Below, in pieces: positions 7,865-17,918 of a DNA stretch of 64,000 nucleotides; position 1 is the first letter of the stretch; each line of letters starts with the position of its first letter. The notes below the pieces were generated by a model. It had not been told where the DNA came from. It was given only the letters and a program-made list of their open reading frames with translations, and searched no databases. The position numbers and the translations under genes were made by a program. The DNA comes from an uncultured Gemmatimonadales bacterium (GTDB lineage: Bacteria > Gemmatimonadota > Gemmatimonadetes > Longimicrobiales > RSA9), in assembly GCA_963798085.1 (NCBI GenBank), contig CAWCRS010000009.1, positions 31,525-95,524 on the forward strand, in the 5' to 3' direction.

Positions 7865-9732
7865 TCGCCGGCTGGATGGTGCGTATTGCGTTGATGACAG
7901 CTCTGTTGGGCGTGGCGGCATTGGCCGCCGAGCGCGTGGTGGTTCTGACGGGTGGTTCGCGACGCAGGGTATGGCTGGTCGCGCTGCTGGCTGTGCTGAT
8001 GCTCCCGCTGCTCGCGTGGGTAATGCCGGGCGTGGTGCCAGCGCAGGGCCTGCTGGCCGGTGTCCGCCGCCTGTTCTACGGCAGCGGCGTCCCGGCGCCG
8101 GCCGCAGCCTGGACGGAACCGCATGCAGCGGACGCCACCGGCAGCCTGCTGCTGGCCGGTGCCTGGCTCCTCGCTGTGCTCGTGTCAGCGGTTGTGTATG
8201 GCGCGGGCTGGTGGAAGTTGCGCCGCGCCCGTCGCACATGGCGGCCGGCACAGTTCGCCGGGAGCGCCGTGCTCGTGGCGAGGCGCGCCGGGCCGGCCGC
8301 GGTCGGTCTGGTACGTCCGGCCATTGTGGTGCCGGAGTGGCTGCTGAACGCGCGCGACCGCGTGCGTCGCCTGGTATTCCTGCACGAGGCCGAGCATGTG
8401 CGCGCCGGCGATCACGCCGTGCGTGCGCTTGCGCCGCTCGTGCTCGTGACAATGCCCTGGAACCTGCCGCTCTGGTGGATGCTGCGCCGTCTGCGGCTCG
8501 CGCTCGAGGTGGACTGCGATCGTCGCGTGCTCGCGCGCGGCGTGGCTCCGGAGACGTACGGCTCGTTGCTCATCGACGTCGCCGGGCGCAGTCGATTCTC
8601 GTTTCCCTCGGTGGCGTTTGCCGCGCCGCGCTCCGGCCTGGAGCGGCGGCTGCTGGCGCTCGCGGCGGAGCGGCCGAAGCACATCGCGACCCGCGCGTGG
8701 CTGCTCGCCGGTGGCGCCATGCTCGCCGGGCTCATGGCCTGCGCGGTGCTGCCTCCGGACGGCGGCGCCAGCGACAATGCCGTGTACGTCGATGAGCCGG
8801 GAACGGTAGCGATCGCGAAACCAGCCGAGTTGCGTTTGAAGGTCAGGTCGCCGGGTTTCTTTGACAGCGGGGACGAAGTCGTAGCTCAAGCCGAGGCGAG
8901 CGCGCCTCTGCAGTTCGAGGCGAAGGCGTTCCGGAAGGTCGCGCCTGGCAGCGCGGTGCGCGTGTACGTGGATGGCCGTCGCGTCGACAGCAACAGCGTG
9001 TCAGAGCTGGACCCGGACCGCATCGACCGCGTCGAGGTCGTCAAGGGACCGAAGGCATCGGCGTCGACACCCGATGGCGCGACGGCGCCCAATGGCGTGA
9101 TTCTGATCTACACGAAGAGGCGCCCGGCGCCGCAGCCGCGCGGCTCGCTGCTGCAGCGGCTCTTCGGCGGCTTCTGCTTCCTGCTCTGTCCAGCGGAGCC
9201 ATCGAGATCCGCCAGGCCAATGGCGCGGACCACGCCTTTCCCGTCAACTCGCGCCGGGCCCCCGGTGCTAATGGCGCCCAGGCCCGACATGGATACGCCC
9301 GCACCAACACCGGTGCCAGGCACCGCCGCTGCGCCCGGTCCGCTCCGCTTCGACGTTGAATTGACGAGCCCGCTGGCGAGCATTCCAGTGGCTGTGACGC
9401 CTTCCGAGTTCACGATCACCATCGCGTCGCCAACGGGCCGGGTCTACGCCGCGGCGCCGGCTGCCGCCAGGCGCAGCTCTGCCTGGTCGGGATGGGTCAA
9501 GTGGTTGCCGTTCCGTGTGACAAAGCCCGAGCCGCGGACCGAGCAGCGCATCGGGTTTCCGCTGCTGCGTCTCCAGGCGCCGACCGTTGAAGTGGTGGCT
9601 CCCAGGACTGTGGTGACCGGGAAAATGATGCGGGTGAAGACCGCTCCACAACCGCTGTACAGGCTGGAGGCCATCACGGTCACCGGAACCCGGGCTCGTC
9701 TTGATTCGAAGGATGCGACGGGGCGCCGTTAG
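7861..9732 (+). CDS. BlaR1/M56 family metallopeptidase with TonB-plug-like domain
   Basis: HEAEH, PWNLPLWW, EVDCDRRVL; VYVDG...LDPDRIDRVEVVKG...NGVILIYTK. Confidence 0.9.
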   Translation: MIAGWMVRIALMTALLGVAALAAERVVVLTGGSRRRVWLVALLAVLMLPLLAWVMPGVVPAQGLLAGVRRLFYGSGVPAPAAAWTEPHAADATGSLLLAGAWLLAVLVSAVVYGAGWWKLRRARRTWRPAQFAGSAVLVARRAGPAAVGLVRPAIVVPEWLLNARDRVRRLVFLHEAEHVRAGDHAVRALAPLVLVTMPWNLPLWWMLRRLRLALEVDCDRRVLARGVAPETYGSLLIDVAGRSRFSFPSVAFAAPRSGLERRLLALAAERPKHIATRAWLLAGGAMLAGLMACAVLPPDGGASDNAVYVDEPGTVAIAKPAELRLKVRSPGFFDSGDEVVAQAEASAPLQFEAKAFRKVAPGSAVRVYVDGRRVDSNSVSELDPDRIDRVEVVKGPKASASTPDGATAPNGVILIYTKRRPAPQPRGSLLQRLFGGFCFLLCPAEPSRSARPMARTTPFPSTRAGPPVLMAPRPDMDTPAPTPVPGTAAAPGPLRFDVELTSPLASIPVAVTPSEFTITIASPTGRVYAAAPAAARRSSAWSGWVKWLPFRVTKPEPRTEQRIGFPLLRLQAPTVEVVAPRTVVTGKMMRVKTAPQPLYRLEAITVTGTRARLDSKDATGRR

Positions 9733-10933
9733 TAGACTGTTGGCGTTGGTCGCTCCGCTGTTGACGGCCGGCTGCGGCGATGCTGCGGCCGGCCGCGCGC
9801 ACGGCACCGTGCGCGACAGCGCCGGCATCGCCATTGTCGAGAATCCCTCGCCCGATGACTCGGCCGCCAACACGTGGTGGTCGCTGGACGGCCCGCTCGT
9901 GGATATTGGCGGCGGCGGCAATGATGCGCACTCGCTATACCGCGTGACGGCTGCGCTGCGCCTCGCCGATGGACGGATCGCAGTCGCCAACAACGGCTCC
10001 AGTGAGCTGCGCTACTTCACAAAGGACGGCGTGCCCGCCGGGATCGCGGGCCGTGCGGGCGAAGGGCCCGGCGAGTTCCGCTCGCTGACCGCCCTTGCGC
10101 ACGACGGTGATTCGGTCCTGGTGTTCGACTTTTCGCTGCGCCGCCTTTCGGTCTATGCCGACACCGGCCGCTTCGTACGATCGTTGCAGCTGGGCGCCGA
10201 ATCGCCGGCCATTTTCATCGCTCGCCTGCCGGATGGATCGATCATCGGCTCGCCCTCGCTGACGGGTCCTGCCCCGCCCGGCAGTCTCCAGTCCGGCCTG
10301 ATGCGACCGGATCAGCTTTTCGCGCGCTACACGGCGGATGGCCAGCGACTGGATTCGATTGGCCGGTTCCCGGGGCCGGAGCGGTTCGTTCAGGTGAACG
10401 GTGATGGTGGGCGCATTACGTCGATCAACATCTCAATGCCGCCGTTCGCGCGCATGGGCTTCTTCCTGGCGCAGGGCCCGAACCTGGTGGTGGCGCTCCA
10501 GGATAGTCCCGAGATCCGGATTTTCGGCGAGGACGGGAAGCTGCAACGCATCCTGCGCACGGGTCGCGCGCCGCAGGAGGTGACGCCGGCTCTGGTGCAC
10601 GACTGGATCGAAAGCATGGTACGGGACCTGGCCCCGGACCAGCAGCAGCAGTTGCGCACGAGAAACGAGGGAATGCCCGTGCCCAAGGAAGTTCCCGCCT
10701 ATGGAGAAGTCAGAGCCGATTCGGCAGGCCGGCTGTGGGTGGCGGACTACGCGCACTACCGCGAGACGGCGAAGTACTGGACCGTCTACGACCGCGAGGG
10801 TCGGGTTCAGGCGAGGCTGTCGGTACCCGATCGGTTCCGGCCGCTGGACATCGGCAGGGACTGGGTGCTCGGGCTCGCCATGGATCAGGACAATGTCGAG
10901 CACGTTCAGTTGTTCACGATCGTGACCCGCTGA
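9713..10933 (+). CDS. 6-bladed beta-propeller lipoprotein
   Basis: Lipobox TAGC, TVRDSAGIAIVEN, GRAGEGPGEF, DSAGRLWV. Confidence 0.8.
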   Translation: MRRGAVSRLLALVAPLLTAGCGDAAAGRAHGTVRDSAGIAIVENPSPDDSAANTWWSLDGPLVDIGGGGNDAHSLYRVTAALRLADGRIAVANNGSSELRYFTKDGVPAGIAGRAGEGPGEFRSLTALAHDGDSVLVFDFSLRRLSVYADTGRFVRSLQLGAESPAIFIARLPDGSIIGSPSLTGPAPPGSLQSGLMRPDQLFARYTADGQRLDSIGRFPGPERFVQVNGDGGRITSINISMPPFARMGFFLAQGPNLVVALQDSPEIRIFGEDGKLQRILRTGRAPQEVTPALVHDWIESMVRDLAPDQQQQLRTRNEGMPVPKEVPAYGEVRADSAGRLWVADYAHYRETAKYWTVYDREGRVQARLSVPDRFRPLDIGRDWVLGLAMDQDNVEHVQLFTIVTR

Positions 10934-11037
10934 AACGTCGTCGCCTTCCATCCGTGCACTGCGGGCAACCCCTCCCTGATGGATCGGCATCGAAGGCAGC
11001 GAACCAGGATCAACGGACCACCGACCCGGGGCTCACA

Positions 11038-12333
11038 ATGAAATCCAGCATCAGGACCACGGCGTTGGCGCTGCTGTTGCCCGCCGTGTCCTTGGGGAGT
11101 GCGCGCACCGCGTACGCGCAGCAGGTCGTCAACAGCCCGAAGGAAGACAAACGGCTCACCGGCAGTGCGGCGACGCTCTTCTCGATCGGCAAGGAAGAAG
11201 GCGAGAGCTGGCAGGTTTACTCGTTCATTCCTGCTGTGACCTTCAATGCGACGGGCAACCTGTTCATACTGGACCGCGACAACGCGCGCGTGGTGGAGTT
11301 CGGTCCCGACGGGAAGTACGTGCGACAGTTCGGCAAGAAGGGGGAGGGCCCGGGCGAGTTCACGGCGCCGGTCGCCGTCGCCGCGCTGAGCGATGGCCGT
11401 CTCGCCGTGCGCGATGCGGCGCGAGGCACGATCAGCATCTTCGATGCGAATGGCACGTACAAGTCGCTCGTGCCGCAGGAGTCTGGCGTTCGACTCGGCG
11501 GCAATCTCACGGCGTATCCGCCGGGCGGATTGCTGGTGACGACCGGGGGCACCGTCATCGCCACGGGAGGCGGCCTCCCGACATTCCCGGATTCGACGCC
11601 CGTGGTCGTGGTGCCTACCGATGCCGGGAATGCGCCGGCGACAGGGAGCCAGGAGGTCCCGGCTGGCGCACTGAAGACGCGAGTTCTTTTCCAGGCGCCC
11701 GCGTTCAAGCCGACCATCTCGCAATCGGGCAGTGGCGGCAGACAGCAATTGACCATGACCGGGCCGCCCGTGTTTTCGCCCAGTTTCACGTGGGCGCCGC
11801 TGCCGGACGGCCGCGTGGTTGCCAACTGGAGCGGTGACTACGACCTGCGGGTGGCCCGTGCCGAGGGTGGAATCGGCTGGATCTACCATCGGCCGATCAG
11901 TGCGCGGAAGACGACCGACGCGGACCGCGAGCTGGCGAAGTCGCAGCGCCGCGAAGCCATGGAAAACGGCACCACGAACAACATGCGCGTCCAGGTCGTG
12001 AACGGCAGGCAGACGACGAGCTTCGGTGGCAAGATCCCGCCGCAGCAGATCGAGCAGGCGCTCGCGGGCATGACCTTCGCCGAAACCGTACCCGTCGTGC
12101 GCCGACTCAGGACCGACCCGATGGGACGGATCTGGGTGGAGCGTGATGCCGGCTCGGGCAACAAGGACTACCCCATCGATCTGCTGAACGCAAACGGCCA
12201 GTACCTGGGCACGGTCCGGGGCATGACGATGCCCGATGCGTTCGCGGCTGATGGCCGCGCCGCGTTCATCGAAACGGACGAGATGGGCGTGCAGCACGTT
12301 GTCGTGCGCCGCCTTCCGGACTGGCCGAAGTAG
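11038..12333 (+). CDS. 6-bladed beta-propeller (NHL-like) secreted protein
   Basis: Signal peptide; FGKKGEGPGEF, DPMGRIWVER, DEMGVQHVVVRR. Confidence 0.8.
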   Translation: MKSSIRTTALALLLPAVSLGSARTAYAQQVVNSPKEDKRLTGSAATLFSIGKEEGESWQVYSFIPAVTFNATGNLFILDRDNARVVEFGPDGKYVRQFGKKGEGPGEFTAPVAVAALSDGRLAVRDAARGTISIFDANGTYKSLVPQESGVRLGGNLTAYPPGGLLVTTGGTVIATGGGLPTFPDSTPVVVVPTDAGNAPATGSQEVPAGALKTRVLFQAPAFKPTISQSGSGGRQQLTMTGPPVFSPSFTWAPLPDGRVVANWSGDYDLRVARAEGGIGWIYHRPISARKTTDADRELAKSQRREAMENGTTNNMRVQVVNGRQTTSFGGKIPPQQIEQALAGMTFAETVPVVRRLRTDPMGRIWVERDAGSGNKDYPIDLLNANGQYLGTVRGMTMPDAFAADGRAAFIETDEMGVQHVVVRRLPDWPK

Positions 12334-12514
12334 CGAAGCTCGTCGTGTTGAGTGCTCCGTCCCGGCCTCGGAGGGGACGGAGCATTGCACGGCACGTCTC
12401 CTGCCCCTAGTCTCTTCGAAGCCGCCGCACCATGCGCGGCTCGCGCGGCTGAACTTTCCCGACCTTCACACGGATGTCGGCCGGCGCTGGCCAGTACGCG
12501 TTCCGGGAGTGATC

Positions 12515-13348
12515 GTGCCCAACATCGCAGTATTTCATCCGCAGATCGTTCATTTCGTGGTTGCCGGTGTGATCCTCGGCGTCCTGTTTCGCCTGATCTC
12601 GATCACGGGCAAGCCAAAGTTCCTCAGCGTGAGCGCCAGCATCCTGATCATTCTCGGAACACTGGCCGCCGTCGCCGCCGTCAAGTCGGGCACGGATGCG
12701 CACGGCCCGGTCGAGCGCATTCCGGGCGCGCGCAACGCCGTCCAGCTGCACGAGGACGCGGGCCACACCGCGCGCAATGTGCTGTTTGCCGTGGCCGCGC
12801 TCGAGCTGCTTGCGCTCGGCCTCATGAAGAAGGAAAGCGTCGCCAGACTGGTGCGCTTTGGCGCTGCCGCGGCCGGCATTGCGGGCGCCGTGTTCGTCTA
12901 CATCGCGTCGGATCGCGGCGGCGACCTCGTGTACGAGTACGCGGGTGGCGTGGGCACGCGCTCCGGCAAGCCGCAGGATGTCACGAACCTGCTCATCGCC
13001 GGCCTCTACAACCAGGCTGCCCTGGCGAGAAAGGCCGGCCGTGGCGACGAGGCGGCCCGCCTGATGGAGGAAATGGCCAGGCAGGAGCCGGACAACCCGG
13101 ACGTGCGGTACGCCCTGGCGCAATCCAAGCTGCAGGATGCGAAGGACCCGCGCGCCGCGCTCGATGCGCTCAATGCGCTCATGGTGAGTCCGGACAACCG
13201 GGGCATGGACATGCGCAAAGGCATGCTGGTGGCCCAGGCGTACGAGCAGATGGGCCAGCCCGACTCGGCACGCGACGCACTCCGCGCCCTGCTGCAGCGC
13301 TACCCTGACAATGCCCGCCTGAAGGCGAGGCTCGACAGCATCAAATAG
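12515..13348 (+). CDS. DUF2231 membrane domain plus TPR-like C-terminus
   Basis: HPQIVHF, HEDAG, GGDLVYEYAGGVG, then helical TPR-like repeats; GTG start. Confidence 0.8.
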   Translation: MPNIAVFHPQIVHFVVAGVILGVLFRLISITGKPKFLSVSASILIILGTLAAVAAVKSGTDAHGPVERIPGARNAVQLHEDAGHTARNVLFAVAALELLALGLMKKESVARLVRFGAAAAGIAGAVFVYIASDRGGDLVYEYAGGVGTRSGKPQDVTNLLIAGLYNQAALARKAGRGDEAARLMEEMARQEPDNPDVRYALAQSKLQDAKDPRAALDALNALMVSPDNRGMDMRKGMLVAQAYEQMGQPDSARDALRALLQRYPDNARLKARLDSIK

Positions 13349-13370
13349 TTCGCAACGAGCAAGGTCGATC

Positions 13371-13411
13371 CGGCCGGCGTCGCGTCAGTGTTCGCGGCGC
13401 CGGCCGTTTTT
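13371..13411 (+). terminator. Intrinsic terminator
   Basis: CGGCCGGCGTCGCG-loop-CGCGGCGCCGGCCG followed by TTTTT. Confidence 0.65.
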
Positions 13412-13431
13412 CATGCGGATGACGCCGGGGA

Positions 13432-15027
13432 TCAGCTGGCGGGCTGGCTGTGGCGCAACACGCGGCCGGGACGGGCAGGGCCAAACTTGCCGTTATCCAC
13501 CACCGGCACGCCGTTCACCAGCACGAAGGGAATGCCTTCCGGATACTGGTGCGGTTCCTCGTAGGTGGCCTTGTCGAGGATGGTGTTCGGATCGAATACG
13601 ACGATGTCCGCCCACGCTCCCGTCGCGATGCGGCCACGGTCCGCGAGTCCCAGACGGCCGGCCGGCAGCGACGTCATCTTGCGCACCGCGTCTTCCAGCG
13701 TGAGCACGTGGCGCTCGCGCACGTAGCGTGCGAGCACACGCGGAAACGTGCCGTACCAGCGCGGGTGCGGGCTGCCTTCGCCGGGCTGCACCAGCCGGCC
13801 ATCCGAAGCAATCGCCGTGAGCGGATAGCGCATGATGCGCTCGACATCGCCTTCGTCCATCACATGGTAAATGGCATTGCCGCCGCCCCGTCGCATGGCT
13901 TCGATGACCAGCGCCGCGCCCACCTCCGGTGTGGCCTCCCGGCCTTCGCGACGCGCCCAGTCCGCCAGCGTCTTCCCCTCGAGGGACGGGTCCCACGGCA
14001 CACGCGCCAGCTGCACGCGCGAAATGTCACCACCGCCGCGGTCGTTCTCGATGTTCCACACGATGCCGGCCATGATGCTGTCGCGCAGCACCGGGGAATC
14101 GAGACGTTTGCGGAATGCGGCATTGCCACCCGCCAGTGCCCATGTGGGGACGAGCACACTGATGCCCGTGTACGACGCCGTGTAGGGATACTGGTCCGCC
14201 ATTACATCAATGCCTGCGGCGCGCGCGCTGTCGATCATGGCGAGCGTGCGCTTCGAGGCGCCCCACATCGGTTTGCCGATCACCTTGTGGTGCGTGAGCA
14301 CGACCGGAATGTGCGCCTGCCTGCCGATCTCGATCGCTTCGGCAACACCTTCGATGAGGTGCATGCCTTCATCGCGCAGATGCGATGTGTAAATGCCACC
14401 GTGCGCAGCGGCGACCGCAGCCAGCGCAATGACCTCGTCGGTCTTTGCGAACGTGCCGGGCAGGTAACGCAGCCCGGTCGACAAGCCGAATGCGCCATCG
14501 GCCATGCCGCCCGCTACCAGCGCCTTCATACGTTCCAGCTCGCTTGCGGTGGGCGCGCGGTTGTCGAGTCCCATGACGCTTTCGCGAATGCTGTTGTGGC
14601 CGATCAGGAAGGCCACGTTCATGCCCAGACCCGCGGCCTGCGCGGAATCGAGATAGGGCGCGAGCGGCAGCGGCGAGGTGCCGTCGGGCCCGCCCAGCGC
14701 GGTGGTCACGCCCTGGCGCACGTGGCTCTCGGCGCCCGGCAGACGCAGCAGCGGGTCGAGGTGCGCGTGCAGATCAATGAAGCCGGGGGCCACCACCTTG
14801 CCCCGCGCATCAATGATGCGCTGCGCGCTGTCACGGGACAGGTCTGGCGCCACAGCGATAATGCGGCCGTCGCGGATGCCCACATCGGAGAGTCGCCCGG
14901 GAGTGCCCGTACCATCCACCACCGTGCCTCCGGCAATGAGCACGTCGTAGCGCGCCGCCGGTCCGCCGCCGCGACAACCGACGACGGGAAGAGCGAGCAG
15001 CAGGCCGCAGCGGAGCCATGCACGCAT
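13432..15027 (-). CDS. N-acyl-D-amino-acid deacylase (D-aminoacylase) family lipoprotein
   Basis: APGFIDLHAH, GLSTGL, SHLRDE, DQYPY, HPRWYGTFPRVL, ADIVVFDP. Confidence 0.93.
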   Translation of the reverse strand: MRAWLRCGLLLALPVVGCRGGGPAARYDVLIAGGTVVDGTGTPGRLSDVGIRDGRIIAVAPDLSRDSAQRIIDARGKVVAPGFIDLHAHLDPLLRLPGAESHVRQGVTTALGGPDGTSPLPLAPYLDSAQAAGLGMNVAFLIGHNSIRESVMGLDNRAPTASELERMKALVAGGMADGAFGLSTGLRYLPGTFAKTDEVIALAAVAAAHGGIYTSHLRDEGMHLIEGVAEAIEIGRQAHIPVVLTHHKVIGKPMWGASKRTLAMIDSARAAGIDVMADQYPYTASYTGISVLVPTWALAGGNAAFRKRLDSPVLRDSIMAGIVWNIENDRGGGDISRVQLARVPWDPSLEGKTLADWARREGREATPEVGAALVIEAMRRGGGNAIYHVMDEGDVERIMRYPLTAIASDGRLVQPGEGSPHPRWYGTFPRVLARYVRERHVLTLEDAVRKMTSLPAGRLGLADRGRIATGAWADIVVFDPNTILDKATYEEPHQYPEGIPFVLVNGVPVVDNGKFGPARPGRVLRHSQPAS

Positions 15028-15193
15028 CGGGTCGTTCCTGTAAGGGGATGTTGGCGTGGAACCGACACGATGCGCCCGGCAGTGGCGGGGAGCAACCTCG
15101 AGCCATGGGCGCAATCCTGCGCCGTACGGTTCAGGCGACGATGTTCCGTCTGCCTCTTGCGCGCGCCGCTGTGCGCGTCGCACGCTCCTGCGC

Positions 15194-16237
15194 ATGGAGA
15201 AGCAAGTCTCGGTGGCAGTGGCCCAGGTGGCGCCCGTTGCGCTGGACCGCGGCGCCACCACGGAGCGCGTGACGCAGTGGATCGGCGAAGCCGGGCGCCA
15301 GGGCGCGCAGCTCGTGCTGTTTCCCGAAGCCCTGATCCCCGGTTATCCGCGCGGCCTGATTTTCGGCACCCTCGTGGGTCAGCGCAGCGGCGAGGGTCGA
15401 AGCCAGTTCGCGCGCTACTTCGAGCAGTCCGTCCGCGTGCCCGGCCCGGAGACGGTCGCCATCGGCGAAGCCGCGCGCCGGGCCGGCTGCTGGGTGGCGG
15501 TGGGCGTGGTGGAGCGCGCCACCGAGCGCGCCGGCACACTCTACTGCACGCTCCTGTACTTCGCGCCCGACGGCACCCTCGCCGGCCGTCATCGCAAGCT
15601 CAAGCCCACGGCGGCGGAGCGGCTGATCTGGGGTGAAGGCGATGGCAGCACGCTGACCGCACTTGACACGCCGTTTGGCGTGATCGGCGGACTCATCTGC
15701 TGGGAAAACCTCATGCCGCTCGCGCGCATGGCCATGTACGCGAAGGGCATTGACATCTGGCTGGCGCCGACGGCGGACGCGCGCGATTCCTGGCAGGCCA
15801 CCATCCGTCACATCGCCTGCGAGATGCGCGGCTTCGTGCTCTCCAGCAACCAGTACGTGACGCGCGCCATGCTGCCCGCGGCGTGGGCCGCGGCCGAGGG
15901 ACCGGACCCGCTGTGCCGCGGTGGCAGCGCCATCATAGGGCCGCTGGGCGACTACCTGGCCGGCCCGCTCTGGGATGCGGAGGGACTGCTCACCGCCACG
16001 CTCGACACGGAGCAGATCGCCGGCGCGCGCTTCGACTTCAATGTCACCGGCCACTACGCGCGCCCCGACGTTTTCACCCTGCGCGTCAATGAACAACCGG
16101 CTGTTAGTGTGCAGCCGGAAGTGCAACGGGAAGTGGCGGCGGGTGCAGCAGGCGACGACGCAGCGTCGCCTGCAGTGCGTGAATCAGCGGGACCGTCCGC
16201 CGCGCCGGAACGCGCCGCGACCCGGCGCGCGATCTGA
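15194..16237 (+). CDS. Nitrilase / carbon-nitrogen hydrolase
   Basis: Catalytic triad motifs FPEA, HRKLKPT, ICWEN; GHYARPDVF. Confidence 0.93.
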   Translation: MEKQVSVAVAQVAPVALDRGATTERVTQWIGEAGRQGAQLVLFPEALIPGYPRGLIFGTLVGQRSGEGRSQFARYFEQSVRVPGPETVAIGEAARRAGCWVAVGVVERATERAGTLYCTLLYFAPDGTLAGRHRKLKPTAAERLIWGEGDGSTLTALDTPFGVIGGLICWENLMPLARMAMYAKGIDIWLAPTADARDSWQATIRHIACEMRGFVLSSNQYVTRAMLPAAWAAAEGPDPLCRGGSAIIGPLGDYLAGPLWDAEGLLTATLDTEQIAGARFDFNVTGHYARPDVFTLRVNEQPAVSVQPEVQREVAAGAAGDDAASPAVRESAGPSAAPERAATRRAI

Positions 16238-16243
16238 GCCGCG

Positions 16244-17290
16244 TCAGTCGAGCCAGCGCGCCAGGTCGCGCGCGCCGAACAGGCCCGGTGCGCCGCCCGT
16301 GTGCAGGAACAGCACGGTATCAGCCGCGTTGATGCGCCCCTGCCGGATGTGGTCAATGAGGCCGGCCATGCCCTTCGCCGTGTAGACCGGATCGAGCATC
16401 ACGCCTTCCGTCCGTGCCACCAGCCGTATCGCATCCATGCAGGCGGCCGTGGGAATGGCGTAGCCGTCGCCGTAGTAGTCCTGGTCTGTGAGCAGCTCGT
16501 CCGGCGAGAGTGCGGCGTCGACACCGAGACGCGCGGCCGCCTCGGCCGCGATGCGCACGGCTCGCTCGCGTTTCTCGGCTTCGCCGCCACTCACGGCTAT
16601 GCCCACGCAGCGCCAGCCCGCCGCGAACAAGCGCGTACCCAGCTCGAGGCCGGCCTGCGTGCCCCGCGAACCGCTGGCGTAGTACAGGTGGCTCGGCGAA
16701 CAGCCCAGTTCGCGGAGCTGGGCGACCGTCTCGCGCACCGCGTCCACATACCCCAGCGCACCCGTGCCCGAGGAGCCGCCCAGCGCAATGACCAGCGGGC
16801 GCTCGCCCGCCGCCGTCAGTTCCTCGACGGCCTGCGAGATGCGCGCGCCCTCGCGTTCCGTGGCCGTCTTGTCGCTGCCGCCCTCGATCACGTGTACGGT
16901 GGCGCCCAGCAGGCGGTCGAGCAGCAGGTTGCCGCGCGGGTCCGCCATTCCATCCTCGGCGCTGGTCGACAGCACCAGCACGGAACGCATGCCGGCCTGC
17001 GCCGCGGCCGCCGCGGTCATGCGAGCGTGATTGGACTGCAGATCGCCCGACGTGATCAACACGGTGGCGCGCTGTTCCAGCGCTTCGCCAACCAGAAACT
17101 CGAGCTTTCTTGCCTTGTTGCCGCCCAGCACGAGATCCGTGAGATCGTCGCGCTTCAGCAGTATGCGCGGGCAGCGCCGCTCGCCGCCCAGTGCGGCTCG
17201 CAGCCGCGGCGCCTCGTGCAGCGGCGTGGGCAGGCGCGCCAGGCGGAAGCGGCGCACGGTCTCGAGCGTCTTCATGGCCGTCTTTTGCAT
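16244..17290 (-). CDS. dcyD: D-cysteine desulfhydrase family PLP enzyme
   Basis: KRDD, GGNKARKLE, QSNH; DPVYT and HTGG are D-cysteine-desulfhydrase-type residues rather than the ACC deaminase E/L. Confidence 0.85.
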   Translation of the reverse strand: MQKTAMKTLETVRRFRLARLPTPLHEAPRLRAALGGERRCPRILLKRDDLTDLVLGGNKARKLEFLVGEALEQRATVLITSGDLQSNHARMTAAAAAQAGMRSVLVLSTSAEDGMADPRGNLLLDRLLGATVHVIEGGSDKTATEREGARISQAVEELTAAGERPLVIALGGSSGTGALGYVDAVRETVAQLRELGCSPSHLYYASGSRGTQAGLELGTRLFAAGWRCVGIAVSGGEAEKRERAVRIAAEAAARLGVDAALSPDELLTDQDYYGDGYAIPTAACMDAIRLVARTEGVMLDPVYTAKGMAGLIDHIRQGRINAADTVLFLHTGGAPGLFGARDLARWLD

Positions 17291-17300
17291 CGGTCCGTTC

Positions 17301-17900
17301 TCAGAGCTGGAATTCGACGAGTTTGAAATCCGCGTGGCCCATGCGGCCGAGCTGTTCGAGTGTGCTGGCGAAAAGACCAACAATGGCATCGAGCTGCGCC
17401 GGATCCTTCATCGCACCATTCACGAAATAGCGCAGCTCGCAGACGCGCTTCTGCTTCACTCCCCGTTTGCGAAACGGCAGGATGGCAAGTCGCCCGCGCT
17501 TCACGGTGCCGAGTCCTCTGGCCACGGCTGGCAGTTGCATGATCGACTGCACCCGCCCTTCGCTGTTGCTCTTCACAATCCAGTCGCGGTCGACCCCCGG
17601 ATGGCCCACGCGGATCGCCTGCATCCCGAGGAAAATGGCGAGTGCGCTGAACGGGCCGCGCGGGTATGCGCGAAACCGGAAATCGTCACGCGCGCGATAG
17701 AGCGCACGCAGGCGGGTGTACGTGTGCTGTGTCTCACCCGAAGACTGCTGGTACAGGTCGAGCACCGCGGTGACACCGCTCATGGGGATGCGCAGCCCCA
17801 CAACCTTGTTCCTGCGCCGTACCACGGTCGCGTTCCAGCGGGCCGCCAGTTGCAACCACTGCTCTTCGCGGTCGAAGCGTGGCTTTCTCGTGCGTGGCAT
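17301..17900 (-). CDS. Hypothetical protein
   Basis: Protein-like 199-aa ORF, co-directional and tightly packed between two genes. Confidence 0.6.
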   Translation of the reverse strand: MPRTRKPRFDREEQWLQLAARWNATVVRRRNKVVGLRIPMSGVTAVLDLYQQSSGETQHTYTRLRALYRARDDFRFRAYPRGPFSALAIFLGMQAIRVGHPGVDRDWIVKSNSEGRVQSIMQLPAVARGLGTVKRGRLAILPFRKRGVKQKRVCELRYFVNGAMKDPAQLDAIVGLFASTLEQLGRMGHADFKLVEFQL

Positions 17901-17918
17901 CGATCCGTTAATGTCGGG

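Noticed and set aside
13450-15636. Long antisense ORFs (also 17031-18449, 32635-34107, 57521-59392)
   Set aside because: Stop-poor shadow frames of real genes in high-GC DNA, with no recognisable motifs.
16244-17290. ACC deaminase
   Set aside because: It has DPVYT and HTGG instead of the ACC deaminase DPVYE and HLGG.
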